Shown here in pieces: positions 34,946 through 35,885 of a stretch of 35,885 bases of DNA. The notes under the pieces were generated by a model. The model saw nothing but the letters and a program-made list of their open reading frames with translations, ran no database searches and was not told the origin of the DNA. Made by a program: the position numbers and the translations under genes. The stretch's first letter is position 1, and the number at the start of each line of letters is the position of its first letter. This DNA is from a virus (taxonomy: Duplodnaviria; Caudoviricetes). Location of the stretch: positions 1 to 35,885 of the IMG/VR virus record IMGVR_UViG_3300020568_000014; one strand, given 5' to 3'.

Positions 34946-35410
34946 GTGAACACCAAGACCTCGACCATCACCACAACCTCGCACCACATCGAACTGCTGA
35001 CCGACACCGGGATCCGCATCGAGGCGACCATCGTGATCGCAGACCGTGGTCGCATCGACTCCTGCGTCATCGGGGGTGGCGATGAGTGGCACACCTTCAG
35101 CCTGAACCTCGATCTCGATGGCGTTCGCCCCATCTACCAGTTCCCCGCTCGCGCCGTGTGCAGCGCGGCGCGTTCGTACCGCGCTCTCGACCGCGTCACC
35201 TACCAGCCGCACGACACACTCGTCCCCGAGGCGCTCGACTTCGTCCTTGAGAGCATCCGCGCAGGCATCAGCACGCTGCTCGTCGAGTTGTCGTTCCTGT
35301 GCGGCGAGCAGACCAACCGCGCCAACGCGCAGAGCATCGGGTACGCGCTGCGCGGCTGCATCATCGCGAACTGCACCGTCGAGATCACCAAGACCTTCAA
35401 GTCGATCTAA
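34946..35410 (+). CDS. hypothetical early protein (154 aa)
   Basis: GTG after AGGAGACACCACC. Confidence 0.75.
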   Translation: MNTKTSTITTTSHHIELLTDTGIRIEATIVIADRGRIDSCVIGGGDEWHTFSLNLDLDGVRPIYQFPARAVCSAARSYRALDRVTYQPHDTLVPEALDFVLESIRAGISTLLVELSFLCGEQTNRANAQSIGYALRGCIIANCTVEITKTFKSI

Positions 35411-35443
35411 TCACGCACCACACCACACCACAGGAGAGACACC

Positions 35444-35885
35444 ATGAACCGCACCACCACCGCCAGTCTGAAGCACGCCGTCCGTCGCCTGAACTTCGCG
35501 TTGGAGATCGTCGAGAAGTCCAAGGGCGAGTACATCGTCGCGCAGATCCGCACCAACAACCGCCCCCGCTGGGCGCTTCAGCGCGACTACGCCACCGGAC
35601 CCGTCGCCGTGACGGGCTACCGCCCCGCTGGCGACATCCTGCGCCACATCGAGGCGATGCTCGACGGCATCGCCGCCGCTCGCGGTCTCCCCGTGCCGCG
35701 CTCGATCTACGACGGGTTCATCAAGCGCAGCCCCGCTGGCAACAGCAACTCCGTTGGCGCTGCGACGCTGCGGCAATGCCTTGCGAAGCACGAACCGTTC
35801 GCCGCCGTGACCAGCCAAGGGTTGGAGACCGCCGACGGCGAGAGCGTGTGCGAATTCTGCAACCGCGTTGGCCCCGGCAGGGCCG
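35444..35885 (+). CDS. hypothetical early protein, 3'-truncated (MNRTTTASLKHAVRRLN...CEFCNR)
   Basis: ATG 35444 after (CACCA)n-CAGGAGAGACACC; frame open to the window end; CxxC near the edge. Confidence 0.7.
   Translation, partial: MNRTTTASLKHAVRRLNFALEIVEKSKGEYIVAQIRTNNRPRWALQRDYATGPVAVTGYRPAGDILRHIEAMLDGIAAARGLPVPRSIYDGFIKRSPAGNSNSVGAATLRQCLAKHEPFAAVTSQGLETADGESVCEFCNRVGPGRA

Noticed and set aside
1-35885. Integrase, att site, tRNA, DNA polymerase or alternative genetic code
   Set aside because: None recognised; genes tile the window under the standard code. Lifestyle and host cannot be determined from this window.

Overview
Most of the genome of a GC-rich tailed dsDNA phage with podovirus (P22/BPP-1-like) architecture: no tape measure, sheath or tube genes, but an adaptor, a nozzle and ejection proteins. 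The minus strand carries two modules. The late module (33627->3986) runs terS, terL, a cluster of tiny Lys-rich proteins, portal, scaffold, major capsid, decoration, adaptor, tail fibres, a holin/spanin-like cassette, nozzle, a cupin-SET fusion, three ejection-type proteins and a 3409-aa giant. The early replication/recombination module (3918->1) runs RHH regulator, RecE-like nuclease, Bet, HTH protein and a DUF1376 initiator with internal iterons. A divergent plus-strand operon of small hypothetical genes starts at about 33690. The most striking element is the giant protein. It looks like an injected polyprotein: a zincin peptidase motif is followed by five effector cassettes (HhH-glycosylase-like, an unknown HDxxGH domain, two ART-PolyVal-type and one R-S-E-type ADP-ribosyltransferase fold). 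Each cassette is closed by the same pentapeptide, L[AS]ARR, and base composition shifts at the junctions. This suggests self-processing and cassette swapping. All calls come from motif recognition by eye; no searches were run.
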